Below, piece after piece: positions 38,464 through 52,894 of a DNA stretch of 64,000 bases (position 1 is the stretch's first letter; each line of letters opens with the position of its first letter). Where the stretch lies: NCBI RefSeq assembly GCF_009914755.1, contig NC_060928.1. One strand, 5' to 3'. The translations under genes and the position numbers were made by a program. This DNA is from the human T2T-CHM13v2.0 reference genome, Homo sapiens. Under the pieces are notes generated by a model. It worked only from the letters and a program-made list of their open reading frames with translations. It had not been told where the DNA came from and ran no database searches.

Positions 38464-41400
38464 TACAAGTGTGGGATGAAGAACCATCATCCTGAACAGC
38501 AAAGCTCCCTGCTAAACCTCTCTTCGACGACCCCGACACATCAGGAGTCCATGAACACTGGCACACTCGCTTCCCTGCGAGGGAGGGCCAGGAGATCCAA
38601 AGGGAAGAACAAACACAGCAAGAGGGCTCTGCTTGTGTGCCAGTGATCTCAGTGGAAGTACCGACCCACACGTAGGGGTGCACACACACACGCACACACA
38701 CAGACACACACATAACTACACCCAGAAGCGCGCACGCAAACACACACACACCCACACAAACACGAACACCGTCAATCCTACATAAACTAATGAGGAGCCC
38801 AAGTTTCTGTCTCTACAACAGGGACAACTGGATAGTGATGGCTACATCTCAGGATGAGCCCGCATATGGGAAACATCAAGTTTTGGGGTCGTGAGTCTTC
38901 CGAACCTCTGGAGGGACTGTCTGAGTGTTTGTGTTCATGATAGGTGACATTCAGTGTGTATTTCTGAATATGACCTACCGACGTGTAGGTTTGCGTGTGA
39001 GGTAATTGAAGGGGACTCGGTTTCGTATTTTCTCTTGGGTTGTGTTTCATTTGTCAGTTGTTGGTCGGCATGAGAAGGTGAAATGTGGCTCATGTGGGAC
39101 ATCCGTGGATCATTCTCGCCACCTTGAATAGTGGAAACTGGAATGCATTTGGAAGAGAAGAACGGTGCTCTTCTTTCTTCCCCGGGCTCGCCGTTTTTAC
39201 ACTGGTTCCTGAATGGACCTCAGGCGCCCTGGGACTTGTGCTCTTGCTGGAACCCACATAACGCCGGAAGCGGACAGACCGACTTGCCTGTTTCACGGTG
39301 CCCGCTTCCCATGAGTCGAAACGGAAAATTTTCCCACGGGCATGTAAGTCATCTGGAAGTAAGCTGTATTGATAATAAAGGAAAGCAAACACAGTAGTGT
39401 GTGTATTCAACTGAAATAAATTCAGAAAGCCCTGAAATCAATCTCACTGGGTGTGTTTAAAAATGGCATTTGGGGAATTTCTGGGTCATTTGTCCAGCTG
39501 CGAAAGCTGCATCTCTGAAGCACAGTCCCTGTCCCGCAGTGAGACTTATTTATCCGACGTGGTGTTTCCGTGGAAATGATTGTGGGAAATGGCCCCTTCC
39601 TTTGCTCTATTTGCTGATTAGACTTCATGGTCCCTTTCTCGTCAGGTACAGTGATCAAAGTTGACCAACCCCAGAGGAAAGCTGCCCAGGGCACAACTCA
39701 GGGCTCCGTAGAACCACAGAATCTTGGGCGCAACCCTGCTCAAGCACCCAAATGTGCATACGAACAGGGTCTCCGTGTGACGTGTGTGAAAACTACAGTG
39801 TGATGAGCATGACTGGCAGACAGCTTATCGATTGGGCTCCCCTCAAAATCGGTTATGAGCATTCAAGCACACCGATGCCCAGGTCCCGGCTGCAGGAATA
39901 AGACCCTCCAGGGTCTTGTGTGAAGCCTCGGCATCTGCATTGCTCATGCTTCTGGGGATCATTCTCCTGAAAATGGTGGCTCCTTTCTCCCTGTGGAGCA
40001 TCTTTCTAAGCAGTGCTCTTTTCTTCCCCCAGGACACTTTACATCCGGCACAGGAAGCCTTCTGATGGAGCACACCTGGCCCATGAAAAGACAAGGGAAA
40101 GAAACGGGGCCAAAGGTCACAGTCCTCTCATCCCATCATCCTCCTTAAAATCATCCTAATTTCATGGGCCCTGAAGCCAGGGCTGTTTCTTTACACCTAG
40201 AGGCCTTGGCGCCGGGCCTCAATTCCGCCCTGTTCCTTACCGTCTAAGACATGTTGGGAAAATCCCTAGAGCCAGGATCTTCATTCCTGCTAAGCCAGAC
40301 AGCCGGAAGACACACCCAAATTCTGTCCCTCTTACTTCAGGGAACATGTCCACTTTCGGCAGCATTACAATTTTGGCACCAAATGTGCTAACTGCAATTC
40401 CACCATACAATGCCTAACTGGAAATGGAGGCAACATCTCCGATCCTGAACGATCGATGCGAGAATCCAGGATATGCACGGCTTATTTTGGCCTTTTCCCA
40501 CTGAAACAAGGGCCAGTATTAAAAATGGCACGCTATCCTCTGTTTCACTCCCTGCTTTTAAACGTCTCCGATGTTGCTCCCTGAGACAGGACGTCACTTC
40601 CGTCAGCCGGGCTTTTCTACGGTATAATTTTCCTTGTTTGCTTTTGTCCAAATTAGAACTTTTTATTTCATCTCTAGGAAACGTTGATCCATTATCACAT
40701 ACGTATGGAAATATTATCACACATGCTGTGAGATACGTTGTTTTTATTTTCATCAATTCTTTAATAAACAAAAGGTTATAGCTGGGATACCTTCTGAGTT
40801 CTCAAGTTTTTTGTTTCGTGTTTTCTTAAACTGCCGTCGCACGTCCGAAACCGCTCACTATGCAGTGTCATGACCGTCTCTCTTTTCTGGCAAACATAAA
40901 TTTGGGGATTGTCATCAATTAGTCTCTCGGGGATTGCATGATTTCCCCAAAGGCTTTCACAGTCTACTTTGTGCACTGAGTATCTCTTCAAACTTCAGTG
41001 CACGTTTCTACCATTTGATGCTTTATTATTTGGCAATCTAGCTTCCACAAGAGCATTTCATGCAAAGACTTGTCTTGTTCTCCACTGGCAGGTAATTTCA
41101 CTCGGACAGATAATCAATAGGCTCAACGTGGAAAGGTTATCGCTGGAAGGTCTGTTTGATTCCACGGATCTCTCCTTTCTCATTAGGGAAGAAAATACGC
41201 TGTGCTAAATACTATACTTCATTGACTATTCTCAGGTCAGAAAGCGCACTTTCGACTTCTTGTCCTTCCGTCGCTGAGAGGATGATGGCAGCTGCCAAAA
41301 GTACATACTTGGAAGTTCATCCCAGCACAAACACACACACACACACGCCCCCCCGCAAACACACACACACAAACACACTCACACACACACACGCACACGG

Positions 41401-41803
41401 TTTCCTAGGTAAAAATTTTTTCCCTGCCATTGCTTTACCTAAAATAAGGCAATTGTGAGGCCACTGTCCCAACCCGGTTACACTCCTATTATATGTGCCT
41501 ATCATCCTGAGGAGTAATTTGATTGAGGTGTTCTGGAAGTCATGCTGTGGGCTGTGTCTGTTGAATTCCCAGCGATGCCAGGGGACACACCCTGTGCCTC
41601 CTTCCTGAATTGAGTGCTGATATTTGATTGGCTTATCGCGCACCTGATGAGTGGGTGGGGTGTTCGCGGTTGGTGGGGGTGACTTACAGAAGGGCTGATG
41701 CGGCCAGAGAGCTCGTCATTTGAAGACTCTCTCGGAAGGGATAGCGTCTTTCTGCAACCTGCGGTCCCAGCAGACAAACCTTGTGATCCTTGTTCCAGTC
41801 GAC

Positions 41804-43396
41804 ATGGAGGACGACTCACTCTACTTGGGAGGTGAGTGGCAGTTCAACCACTTTTCAAAACTCACATCTTCTCGGCCCGATGCAGCTTTTGCTGAAATCC
41901 AGCGGACTTCTCTCCCTGAGAAGTCACCACTCTCATGTGAGACCCGTGTCGACCTCTGTGATGATTTGGCTCCTGTGGCAAGACAGCTTGCTCCCAGGGA
42001 GAAGCTTCCTCTGAGTAGCAGGAGACCTGCTGCGGTGGGGGCTGGGCTCCAGAATATGGGAAATACCTGCTACGTGAACGCTTCCTTGCAGTGCCTGACA
42101 TACACACCGCCCCTTGCCAACTACATGCTGTCCCGGGAGCACTCTCAAACGTGTCATCGTCACAAGGGCTGCATGCTCTGTACTATGCAAGCTCACATCA
42201 CACGGGCCCTCCACAATCCTGGCCACGTCATCCAGCCCTCACAGGCTTTGGCTGCTGGCTTCCATAGAGGCAAGCAGGAAGATGCCCATGAATTTCTCAT
42301 GTTCACTGTGGATGCCATGAAAAAGGCATGCCTTCCCGGGCACAAGCAGGTGGATCATCACTCTAAGGACACCACCCTCATCCACCAAATATTTGGAGGC
42401 TACTGGAGATCTCAAATCAAGTGTCTCCACTGCCACGGCATTTCAGACACTTTTGACCCTTACCTGGACATCGCCCTGGATATCCAGGCAGCTCAGAGTG
42501 TCCAGCAAGCTTTGGAACAGTTGGTGAAGCCCGAAGAACTCAATGGAGAGAATGCCTATCATTGTGGTGTTTGTCTCCAGAGGGCGCCGGCCTCCAAGAC
42601 GTTAACTTTACACACTTCTGCCAAGGTCCTCATCCTTGTATTGAAGAGATTCTCCGATGTCACAGGCAACAAGATTGCCAAGAATGTGCAATATCCTGAG
42701 TGCCTTGACATGCAGCCATACATGTCTCAGCAGAACACAGGACCTCTTGTCTATGTCCTCTATGCTGTGCTGGTCCACGCTGGGTGGAGTTGTCACAACG
42801 GACATTACTTCTCTTATGTCAAAGCTCAAGAAGGCCAGTGGTATAAAATGGATGATGCCGAGGTCACCGCCTCTAGCATCACTTCTGTCCTGACTCAACA
42901 GGCCTACGTCCTCTTTTACATCCAGAAGAGTGAATGGGAAAGACACAGTGAGAGTGTGTCAAGAGGCAGGGAACCAAGAGCCCTTGGCACAGAAGACACA
43001 GACAGGCGAGCAACGCAAGGAGAGCTCAAGAGAGACCATCCCTGCCTCCAGGCCCCCGAGTTGGACGAGCACTTGGTGGAAAGAGCCACTCAGGAAAGCA
43101 CCTTAGACCACTGGAAATTCCTTCAAGAGCAAAACAAAACGAAGCCTGAGTTCAACGTCAGAAAAGTCGAAGGTACCCTGCCTCCCGACGTACTTGTGAT
43201 TCATCAATCAAAATACAAGTGTGGGATGAAGAACCATCATCCTGAACAGCAAAGCTCCCTGCTAAACCTCTCTTCGACGACCCCGACACATCAGGAGTCC
43301 ATGAACACTGGCACACTCGCTTCCCTGCGAGGGAGGGCCAGGAGATCCAAAGGGAAGAACAAACACAGCAAGAGGGCTCTGCTTGTGTGCCAGTGA
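41804..43396 (+). CDS. USP17L: USP17-like deubiquitinase, 530 aa, intact (T364, T396)
   Basis: Full ORF with intact catalytic triad motifs. Confidence 0.95.
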   Translation: MEDDSLYLGGEWQFNHFSKLTSSRPDAAFAEIQRTSLPEKSPLSCETRVDLCDDLAPVARQLAPREKLPLSSRRPAAVGAGLQNMGNTCYVNASLQCLTYTPPLANYMLSREHSQTCHRHKGCMLCTMQAHITRALHNPGHVIQPSQALAAGFHRGKQEDAHEFLMFTVDAMKKACLPGHKQVDHHSKDTTLIHQIFGGYWRSQIKCLHCHGISDTFDPYLDIALDIQAAQSVQQALEQLVKPEELNGENAYHCGVCLQRAPASKTLTLHTSAKVLILVLKRFSDVTGNKIAKNVQYPECLDMQPYMSQQNTGPLVYVLYAVLVHAGWSCHNGHYFSYVKAQEGQWYKMDDAEVTASSITSVLTQQAYVLFYIQKSEWERHSESVSRGREPRALGTEDTDRRATQGELKRDHPCLQAPELDEHLVERATQESTLDHWKFLQEQNKTKPEFNVRKVEGTLPPDVLVIHQSKYKCGMKNHHPEQQSSLLNLSSTTPTHQESMNTGTLASLRGRARRSKGKNKHSKRALLVCQ

Positions 43397-46300
43397 TCTC
43401 AGTGGAAGTACCGACCCACACGTAGGGGTGCACACACACACGCACACACACAGACACACACATAACTACACCCAGAAGCGCGCACGCAAACACACACACA
43501 CCCACACAAACACGAACACCGTCAATCCTACATAAACTAATGAGGAGCCCAAGTTTCTGTCTCTGCAACAGGGACAACTGGATAGTGATGGCTACATCTC
43601 AGGATGAGCCCGCATATGGGAAACATCAAGTTTTGGGGTCGTGAGTCTTCCGAACCTCTGGAGGGACTGTCTGAGTGTTTGTGTTCATGATAGGTGACAT
43701 TCAGTGTGTATTTCTGAATATGACCTACCGACGTGTAGGTTTGCGTGTGAGGTAATTGAAGGGGACTCGGTTTCGTATTTTCTCTTGGGGTGTGTTTCAT
43801 TTGTCAGTTGTTGGTCGGCATGAGAAGGTGAAATGTGGCTCATGTGGGACATCCGTGGATCATTCTCGCCACCTTGAATAGTGGAAACTGGAATGCATTT
43901 GGAAGAGAAGAACGGTGCTCTTCTTTCTTCCCCGGGCTCGCCGTTTTTACACTGGTTCCTGAATGGACCTCAGGCGCCCTGGGACTTGTGCTCTTGCTGG
44001 AACCCACATAACGCCGGAAGCGGACAGACCGACTTGCCTGTTTCACGGTGCCCGCTTCCCATGAGTCGAAACGGAAAATTTTCCCACGGGCATGTAAGTC
44101 ATCTGGAAGTAAGCTGTATTGATAATAAAGGAAAGCAAACACAGTAGTGTGTGTATTCAACTGAAATAAATTCAGAAAGCCCTGAAATCAATCTCACTGG
44201 GTGTGTTTAAAAATGGCATTTGGGGAATTTCTGGGTCATTTGTCCAGCTGCGAAAGCTGCATCTCTGAAGCACAGTCCCTGTCCCGCAGTGAGACTTATT
44301 TATCCGACGTGGTGTTTCCGTGGAAATGATTGTGGGAAATGGCCCCTTCCTTTGCTCTATTTGCTGATTAGACTTCATGGTCCCTTTCTCGTCAGGTACA
44401 GTGATCAAAGTTGACCAACCCCAGAGGAAAGCTGCCCAGGGCACAACTCAGGGCTCCGTAGAACCACAGAATCTTGGGCGCAACCCTGCTCAAGCACCCA
44501 AATGTGCATACGAACAGGGTCTCCGTGTGACGTGTGTGAAAACTACAGTGTGATGAGCATGACTGGCAGACAGCTTATCGATTGGGCTCCCCTCAAAATC
44601 GGTTATGAGCATTCAAGCACACCGATGCCCAGGTCCCGGCTGCAGGAATAAGACCCTCCAGGGTCTTGTGTGAAGCCTCGGCATCTGCATTGCTCATGCT
44701 TCTGGGGATCATTCTCCTGAAAATGGTGGCTCCTTTCTCCCTGTGGAGCATCTTTCTAAGCAGTGCTCTTTTCTTCCCCCAGGACACTTTACATCCGGCA
44801 CAGGAAGCCTTCTGATGGAGCACACCTGGCCCATGAAAAGACAAGGGAAAGAAACGGGGCCAAAGGTCACAGTCCTCTCATCCCATCATCCTCCTTAAAA
44901 TCATCCTAATTTCATGGGCCCTGAAGCCAGGGCTGTTTCTTTACACCTAGAGGCCTTGGCGCCGGGCCTCAATTCCGCCCTGTTCCTTACCGTCTAAGAC
45001 ATGTTGGGAAAATCCCTAGAGCCAGGATCTTCATTCCTGCTAAGCCAGACAGCCGGAAGACACACCCAAATTCTGTCCCTCTTACTTCAGGGAACATGTC
45101 CACTTTCGGCAGCATTACAATTTTGGCACCAAATGTGCTAACTGCAATTCCACCATACAATGCCTAACTGGAAATGGAGGCAACATCTCCGATCCTGAAC
45201 GATCGATGCGAGAATCCAGGATATGCACGGCTTATTTTGGCCTTTTCCAACTGAAACAAGGGCCAGTATTAAAAATGGCACGCTATCCTCTGTTTCACTC
45301 CCTGCTTTTAAACGTCTCCGATGTTGCTCCCTGAGACAGGACGTCACTTCCGTCAGCCGGGCTTTTCTACGGTATAATTTTCCTTGTTTGCTTTTGTCCA
45401 AATTAGAACTTTTTATTTCATCTCTAGGAAACGTTGATCCATTATCACATACGTATGGAAATATTATCACACATGCTGTGAGATACGTTGTTTTTATTTT
45501 CATCAATTCTTTAATAAACAAAAGGTTATAGCTGGGATACCTTCTGAGTTCTCAAGTTTTTTGTTTCGTGTTTTCTTAAACTGCCGTCGCACGTCCGAAA
45601 CCGCTCACTATGCAGTGTCATGACCGTCTCTCTTTTCTGGCAAAAATAAATTTGGGGATTGTCATCAATTAGTCTCTCGGGGATTGCATGATTTCCCCAA
45701 AGGCTTTCACAGTCTACTTTGTGCACTGAGTATCTCTTCAAACTTCAGTGCATGTTTCTACCATTTGATGCTTTATTATTTGGCAATCTAGCTTCCACAA
45801 GAGCATTTCATGCAAAGACTTGTCTTGTTCTCCACTGGCAGGTAATTTCACTCGGACAGATAATCAATAGGCTCAACGTGGAAAGGTTATCGCTGGAAGG
45901 TCTGTTTGATTCCACGGATCTCTCCTTTCTCATTAGGGAAGAAAATACGCTGTGCTAAATACTATACTTCATTGACTATTCTCAGGTCAGAAAGCGCACT
46001 TTCGACTTCTTGTCCTTCCGTCGCTGAGAGGATGATGGCAGCTGCCAAAAGTACATACTTGGAAGTTCATCCCAGCACAAACACACACACACACACGCCC
46101 CCCCGCAAACACACACACACAAACACACTCACACACACACACGCACACGGTTTCCTAGGTAAAAATTTTTTCCCTGCCATTGCTTTACCTAAAATAAGGC
46201 AATTGTGAGGCCACTGTCCCAACCCGGTTACACTCCTATTATATGTGCCTATCATCCTGAGGAGTAATTTGATTGAGGTGTTCTGGAAGTCATGCTGTGG

Positions 46301-46553
46301 GCTGTGTCTGTTGAATTCCCAGCGATGCCAGGGGACACACCCTGTGCCTCCTTCCTGAATTGAGTGCTGATATTTGATTGGCTTATCGCGCACCTGATGA
46401 GTGGGTGGGGTGTTCGCGGTTGGTGGGGGTGACTTACAGAAGGGCTGATGCGGCCAGAGAGCTCGTCATTTGAAGACTCTCTCGGAAGGGATAGCGTCTT
46501 TCTGCAACCTGCGGTCCCAGCAGACAAACCTTGTGATCCTTGTTCCAGTCGAC

Positions 46554-48146
46554 ATGGAGGACGACTCACTCTACTTGGGAGGTGAGTGGCAGTTCAACCA
46601 CTTTTCAAAACTCACATCTTCTCGGCCCGATGCAGCTTTTGCTGAAATCCAGCGGACTTCTCTCCCTGAGAAGTCACCACTCTCATGTGAGACCCGTGTC
46701 GACCTCTGTGATGATTTGGCTCCTGTGGCAAGACAGCTTGCTCCCAGGGAGAAGCTTCCTCTGAGTAGCAGGAGACCTGCTGCGGTGGGGGCTGGGCTCC
46801 AGAATATGGGAAATACCTGCTACGTGAACGCTTCCTTGCAGTGCCTGACATACACACCGCCCCTTGCCAACTACATGCTGTCCCGGGAGCACTCTCAAAC
46901 GTGTCATCGTCACAAGGGCTGCATGCTCTGTACTATGCAAGCTCACATCACACGGGCCCTCCACAATCCTGGCCACGTCATCCAGCCCTCACAGGCTTTG
47001 GCTGCTGGCTTCCATAGAGGCAAGCAGGAAGATGCCCATGAATTTCTCATGTTCACTGTGGATGCCATGAAAAAGGCATGCCTTCCCGGGCACAAGCAGG
47101 TGGATCATCACTCTAAGGACACCACCCTCATCCACCAAATATTTGGAGGCTACTGGAGATCTCAAATCAAGTGTCTCCACTGCCACGGCATTTCAGACAC
47201 TTTTGACCCTTACCTGGACATCGCCCTGGATATCCAGGCAGCTCAGAGTGTCCAGCAAGCTTTGGAACAGTTGGTGAAGCCCGAAGAACTCAATGGAGAG
47301 AATGCCTATCATTGTGGTGTTTGTCTCCAGAGGGCGCCGGCCTCCAAGACGTTAACTTTACACACTTCTGCCAAGGTCCTCATCCTTGTATTGAAGAGAT
47401 TCTCCGATGTCACAGGCAACAAGATTGCCAAGAATGTGCAATATCCTGAGTGCCTTGACATGCAGCCATACATGTCTCAGCAGAACACAGGACCTCTTGT
47501 CTATGTCCTCTATGCTGTGCTGGTCCACGCTGGGTGGAGTTGTCACAACGGACATTACTTCTCTTATGTCAAAGCTCAAGAAGGCCAGTGGTATAAAATG
47601 GATGATGCCGAGGTCACCGCCTCTAGCATCACTTCTGTCCTGACTCAACAGGCCTACGTCCTCTTTTACATCCAGAAGAGTGAATGGGAAAGACACAGTG
47701 AGAGTGTGTCAAGAGGCAGGGAACCAAGAGCCCTTGGCGCAGAAGACACAGACAGGCGAGCAACGCAAGGAGAGCTCAAGAGAGACCATCCCTGCCTCCA
47801 GGCCCCCGAGTTGGACGAGCACTTGGTGGAAAGAGCCACTCAGGAAAGCACCTTAGACCACTGGAAATTCCTTCAAGAGCAAAACAAAACGAAGCCTGAG
47901 TTCAACGTCAGAAAAGTCGAAGGTACCCTGCCTCCCGACGTACTTGTGATTCATCAATCAAAATACAAGTGTGGGATGAAGAACCATCATCCTGAACAGC
48001 AAAGCTCCCTGCTAAACCTCTCTTCGACGACCCCGACACATCAGGAGTCCATGAACACTGGCACACTCGCTTCCCTGCGAGGGAGGGCCAGGAGATCCAA
48101 AGGGAAGAACAAACACAGCAAGAGGGCTCTGCTTGTGTGCCAGTGA
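46554..48146 (+). CDS. USP17L: USP17-like deubiquitinase, 530 aa, intact (T364)
   Basis: Full ORF with intact catalytic triad motifs. Confidence 0.95.
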   Translation: MEDDSLYLGGEWQFNHFSKLTSSRPDAAFAEIQRTSLPEKSPLSCETRVDLCDDLAPVARQLAPREKLPLSSRRPAAVGAGLQNMGNTCYVNASLQCLTYTPPLANYMLSREHSQTCHRHKGCMLCTMQAHITRALHNPGHVIQPSQALAAGFHRGKQEDAHEFLMFTVDAMKKACLPGHKQVDHHSKDTTLIHQIFGGYWRSQIKCLHCHGISDTFDPYLDIALDIQAAQSVQQALEQLVKPEELNGENAYHCGVCLQRAPASKTLTLHTSAKVLILVLKRFSDVTGNKIAKNVQYPECLDMQPYMSQQNTGPLVYVLYAVLVHAGWSCHNGHYFSYVKAQEGQWYKMDDAEVTASSITSVLTQQAYVLFYIQKSEWERHSESVSRGREPRALGAEDTDRRATQGELKRDHPCLQAPELDEHLVERATQESTLDHWKFLQEQNKTKPEFNVRKVEGTLPPDVLVIHQSKYKCGMKNHHPEQQSSLLNLSSTTPTHQESMNTGTLASLRGRARRSKGKNKHSKRALLVCQ

Positions 48147-51100
48147 TCTCAGTGGAAGTACCGACCCACACGTAGGGGTGCACACACACACGCACACACA
48201 CAGACACACACATAACTACACCCAGAAGCGCGCACGCAAACACACACACACCCACACAAACACGAACACCGTCAATCCTACATAAACTAATGAGGAGCCC
48301 AAGTTTCTGTCTCTGCAACAGGGACAACTGGATAGTGATGGCTACATCTCAGGATGAGCCCGCATATGGGAAACATCAAGTTTTGGGGTCGTGAGTCTTC
48401 CGAACCTCTGGAGGGACTGTCTGAGTGTTTGTGTTCATGATAGGTGACATTCAGTGTGTATTTCTGAATATGACCTACCGACGTGTAGGTTTGCGTGTGA
48501 GGTAATTGAAGGGGACTCGGTTTCGTATTTTCTCTTGGGGTGTGTTTCATTTGTCAGTTGTTGGTCGGCATGAGAAGGTGAAATGTGGCTCATGTGGGAC
48601 ATCCGTGGATCATTCTCGCCACCTTGAATAGTGGAAACTGGAATGCATTTGGAAGAGAAGAACGGTGCTCTTCTTTCTTCCCCGGGCTCGCCGTTTTTAC
48701 ACTGGTTCCTGAATGGACCTCAGGCGCCCTGGGACTTGTGCTCTTGCTGGAACCCACATAACGCCGGAAGCGGACAGACCGACTTGCCTGTTTCACGGTG
48801 CCCGCTTCCCATGAGTCGAAACGGAAAATTTTCCCACGGGCATGTAAGTCATCTGGAAGTAAGCTGTATTGATAATAAAGGAAAGCAAACACAGGAGTGT
48901 GTGTATTCAACTGAAATAAATTCAGAAAGCCCTGAAATCAATCTCACTGGGTGTGTTTAAAAATGGCATTTGGGGAATTTCTGGGTCATTTGTCCAGCTG
49001 CGAAAGCTGCATCTCTGAAGCACAGTCCCTGTCCCGCAGTGAGACTTATTTATCCGACGTGGTGTTTCCGTGGAAATGATTGTGGGAAATGGCCCCTTCC
49101 TTTGCTCTATTTGCTGATTAGACTTCATGGTCCCTTTCTCGTCAGGTACAGTGATCAAAGTTGACCAACCCCAGAGGAAAGCTGCCCAGGGCACAACTCA
49201 GGGCTCCGTAGAACCACAGAATCTTGGGCGCAACCCTGCTCAAGCACCCAAATGTGCATACGAACAGGGTCTCCGTGTGACGTGTGTGAAAACTACAGTG
49301 TGATGAGCATGACTGGCAGACAGCTTATCGATTGGGCTCCCCTCAAAATCGGTTATGAGCATTCAAGCACACCGATGCCCAGGTCCCGGCTGCAGGAATA
49401 AGACCCTCCAGGGTCTTGTGTGAAGCCTCGGCATCTGCATTGCTCATGCTTCTGGGGATCATTCTCCTGAAAATGGTGGCTCCTTTCTCCCTGTGGAGCA
49501 TCTTTCTAAGCAGTGCTCTTTTCTTCCCCCAGGACACTTTACATCCGGCACAGGAAGCCTTCTGATGGAGCACACCTGGCCCATGAAAAGACAAGGGAAA
49601 GAAACGGGGCCAAAGGTCACAGTCCTCTCATCCCATCATCCTCCTTAAAATCATCCTAATTTCATGGGCCCTGAAGCCAGGGCTGTTTCTTTACACCTAG
49701 AGGCCTTGGCGCCGGGCCTCAATTCCGCCCTGTTCCTTACCGTCTAAGACATGTTGGGAAAATCCCTAGAGCCAGGATCTTCATTCCTGCTAAGCCAGAC
49801 AGCCGGAAGACACACCCAAATTCTGTCCCTCTTACTTCAGGGAACATGTCCACTTTCGGCAGCATTACAATTTTGGCACCAAATGTGCTAACTGCAATTC
49901 CACCATACAATGCCTAACTGGAAATGGAGGCAACATCTCCGATCCTGAACGATCGATGCGAGAATCCAGGATATGCACGGCTTATTTTGGCCTTTTCCCA
50001 CTGAAACAAGGGCCAGTATTAAAAATGGCACGCTATCCTCTGTTTCACTCCCTGCTTTTAAACGTCTCCGATGTTGCTCCCTGAGACAGGACGTCACTTC
50101 CGTCAGCCGGGCTTTTCTACGGTATAATTTTCCTTGTTTGCTTTTGTCCAAATTAGAACTTTTTATTTCATCTCTAGGAAACGTTGATCCATTATCACAT
50201 ACGTATGGAAATATTATCACACATGCTGTGAGATACGTTGTTTTTATTTTCATCAATTCTTTAATAAACAAAAGGTTATAGCTGGGATACCTTCTGAGTT
50301 CTCAAGTTTTTTGTTTCGTGTTTTCTTAAACTGCCGTCGCACGTCCGAAACCGCTCACTATGCAGTGCCATGACCGTCTCTCTTTTCTGGCAAACATAAA
50401 TTTGGGGATTGTCATCAATTAGTCTCTCGGGGATTGCATGATTTCCCCAAAGGCTTTCACAGTCTACTTTGTGCACTGAGTATCTCTTCAAACTTCAGTG
50501 CACGTTTCTACCATTTGATGCTTTATTATTTGGCAATCTAGCTTCCACAAGAGCATTTCATGCAAAGACTTGTCTTGTTCTCCACTGGCAGGTACTTTCA
50601 CTCGGACAGAGAATCAATAGGCTCAACGTGGAAAGGTTTTCGCTGGAAGGTCTGTTTGATTCCACGGATCTCTCCTTTCTCATTAGGGAAGAAAATACAC
50701 TGTGCTAAATACTATACTTCATTGACTATTCTCAGGTCAGAAAGCGCACTTTCGACTTCTTGTCCTTCCGTCGCTGAGAGGATGATGGCAGCTGCCAAAA
50801 GTACATACTTGGAAGTTCATCCCAGCACAAACACACACACACGCGCCCCCCCCCACACACACACACAAACACAATCACACACACACACAATCACACGGTT
50901 TCCTAGGTAAAGATTTCTTCCCTGCCATTGCATTACCTAAAATAAGGCAACTGTGTGGCCACTGTCCCAACCCGGTTACACTCCTATTATATGTGCCTAT
51001 CATCCTGAGGAGTAATTTGATTCAGGTGTTCTGGAAGTCATGCTGTGGGATGTGTCTGTTGAATTCCCAGCGATGCCAGGGGACACACCCTGTGACTCCT

Positions 51101-51301
51101 TCCTGAATTGAGTGCTGATATTTGATTGGCTTATCGCGCACCTGATGAGTGGGTGGGGTGTTCGCGGTTGGTGGGGGTGACTTTCAGAAGGGCTGATGCG
51201 GCCAGAGAGCTCGTCATTTAAAGACTCTCTCGGAAGGGATAGCGTCTTTCTGCAACCTGCGGTCCCAGCAGACAAACCTTGTGATCCTTGTTCCAGTCGA
51301 C

Positions 51302-52894
51302 ATGGAGGACGACTCACTCTACTTGGGAGGTGAGTGGCAGTTCAACCACTTTTCAAAACTCACATCTCCTCGGCCCGATGCAGCTTTTGCTGAAATCCAG
51401 CGGACTTCTCTCCCTGAGAAGTCACCACTCTCATGTGAGACCCGTGTCGACCTCTGTGATGATTTGGCTCCTGTGGCAAGACAGCTTGCTCCCAGGGAGA
51501 AGCTTCCTCTGAGTAGCAGGAGACCTGCTGCGGTGGGGGCTGGGCTCCAGAATATGGGAAATACCTGCTACGTGAACGCTTCCTTGCAGTGCCTGACATA
51601 CACACCGCCCCTTGCCAACTACATGCTGTCCCGGGAGCACTCTCAAACGTGTCATCGTCACAAGGGCTGCATGCTCTGTACGATGCAAGCTCACATCACA
51701 CGGGCCCTCCACAATCCTGGCCACGTCATCCAGCCCTCACAGGCATTGGCTGCTGGCTTCCATAGAGACAAGCACGAAGATGCCCATGAATTTCTCATGT
51801 TCACTGTGGATGCCATGAAAAAGGCATGCCTTCCCGGGCACAAGCAGGTGGATCATCACTCTAAGGACACCACCCTCATCCACCAAATATTTGGAGGCTA
51901 CTGGAGATCTCAAATCAAGTGTCTCCACTGCCACGGCATTTCAGACACTTTTGACCCTTACCTGGACATCGCCCTGGATATCCAGGCAGCTCAGAGTGTC
52001 CAGCAAGCTTTGGAACAGTTGGTGAAGCCCGAAGAACTCAATGGAGAGAATGCCTATCATTGTGGTGTTTGTCTCCAGAGGGCGCCGGCCTCCAAGACGT
52101 TAACTTTACACACCTCTGCCAAGGTCCTCATCCTTGTATTGAAGAGATTCTCCGATGTCACAGGCAACAAGATTGCCAAGAATGTGCAATATCCTGAGTG
52201 CCTTGACATGCAGCCATACATGTCTCAGCAGAACACAGGACCTCTTGTCTATGTCCTCTATGCTGTGCTGGTCCACGCTGGGTGGAGTTGTCACAACGGA
52301 CATTACTTCTCTTATGTCAAAGCTCAAGAAGGCCAGTGGTATAAAATGGATGATGCCGAGGTCACCGCCTCTAGCATCACTTCTGTCCTGAGTCAACAGG
52401 CCTACGTCCTCTTTTACATCCAGAAGAGTGAATGGGAAAGACACAGTGAGAGTGTGTCAAGAGGCAGGGAACCAAGAGCCCTTGGCGCAGAAGACACAGA
52501 CAGGCGAGCAACGCAAGGAGAGCTCAAGAGAGACCACCCCTTCCTCCAGGCCCCCGAGTTGGACGAGCACTTGGTGGAAAGAGCCACTCACGAAAGCACC
52601 TTAGACCACTGGAAATTCCTTCAAGAGCAAAACAAAACGAAGCCTGAGTTCAACGTCAGAAAAGTCGAAGGTACCCTGCCTCCCGACGTACTTGTGATTC
52701 ATCAATCAAAATACAAGTGTGGGATGAAGAACCATCATCCTGAACAGCAAAGCTCCCTGCTAAACCTCTCTTCGACGACCCCGACACATCAGGAGTCCAT
52801 GAACACTGGCACACTCGCTTCCCTGCGAGGGAGGGCCAGGAGATCCAAAGGGAAGAGCAAACACAGCAAGAGGGCTCTGCTTGTGTGCCAGTGA
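51302..52894 (+). CDS. USP17L: USP17-like deubiquitinase, 530 aa, divergent copy (P23, D156, H158, F414, H430, S519)
   Basis: Full ORF with triad intact, but the QEDAHEFL box reads HEDAHEFL. Confidence 0.92.
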   Translation: MEDDSLYLGGEWQFNHFSKLTSPRPDAAFAEIQRTSLPEKSPLSCETRVDLCDDLAPVARQLAPREKLPLSSRRPAAVGAGLQNMGNTCYVNASLQCLTYTPPLANYMLSREHSQTCHRHKGCMLCTMQAHITRALHNPGHVIQPSQALAAGFHRDKHEDAHEFLMFTVDAMKKACLPGHKQVDHHSKDTTLIHQIFGGYWRSQIKCLHCHGISDTFDPYLDIALDIQAAQSVQQALEQLVKPEELNGENAYHCGVCLQRAPASKTLTLHTSAKVLILVLKRFSDVTGNKIAKNVQYPECLDMQPYMSQQNTGPLVYVLYAVLVHAGWSCHNGHYFSYVKAQEGQWYKMDDAEVTASSITSVLSQQAYVLFYIQKSEWERHSESVSRGREPRALGAEDTDRRATQGELKRDHPFLQAPELDEHLVERATHESTLDHWKFLQEQNKTKPEFNVRKVEGTLPPDVLVIHQSKYKCGMKNHHPEQQSSLLNLSSTTPTHQESMNTGTLASLRGRARRSKGKSKHSKRALLVCQ

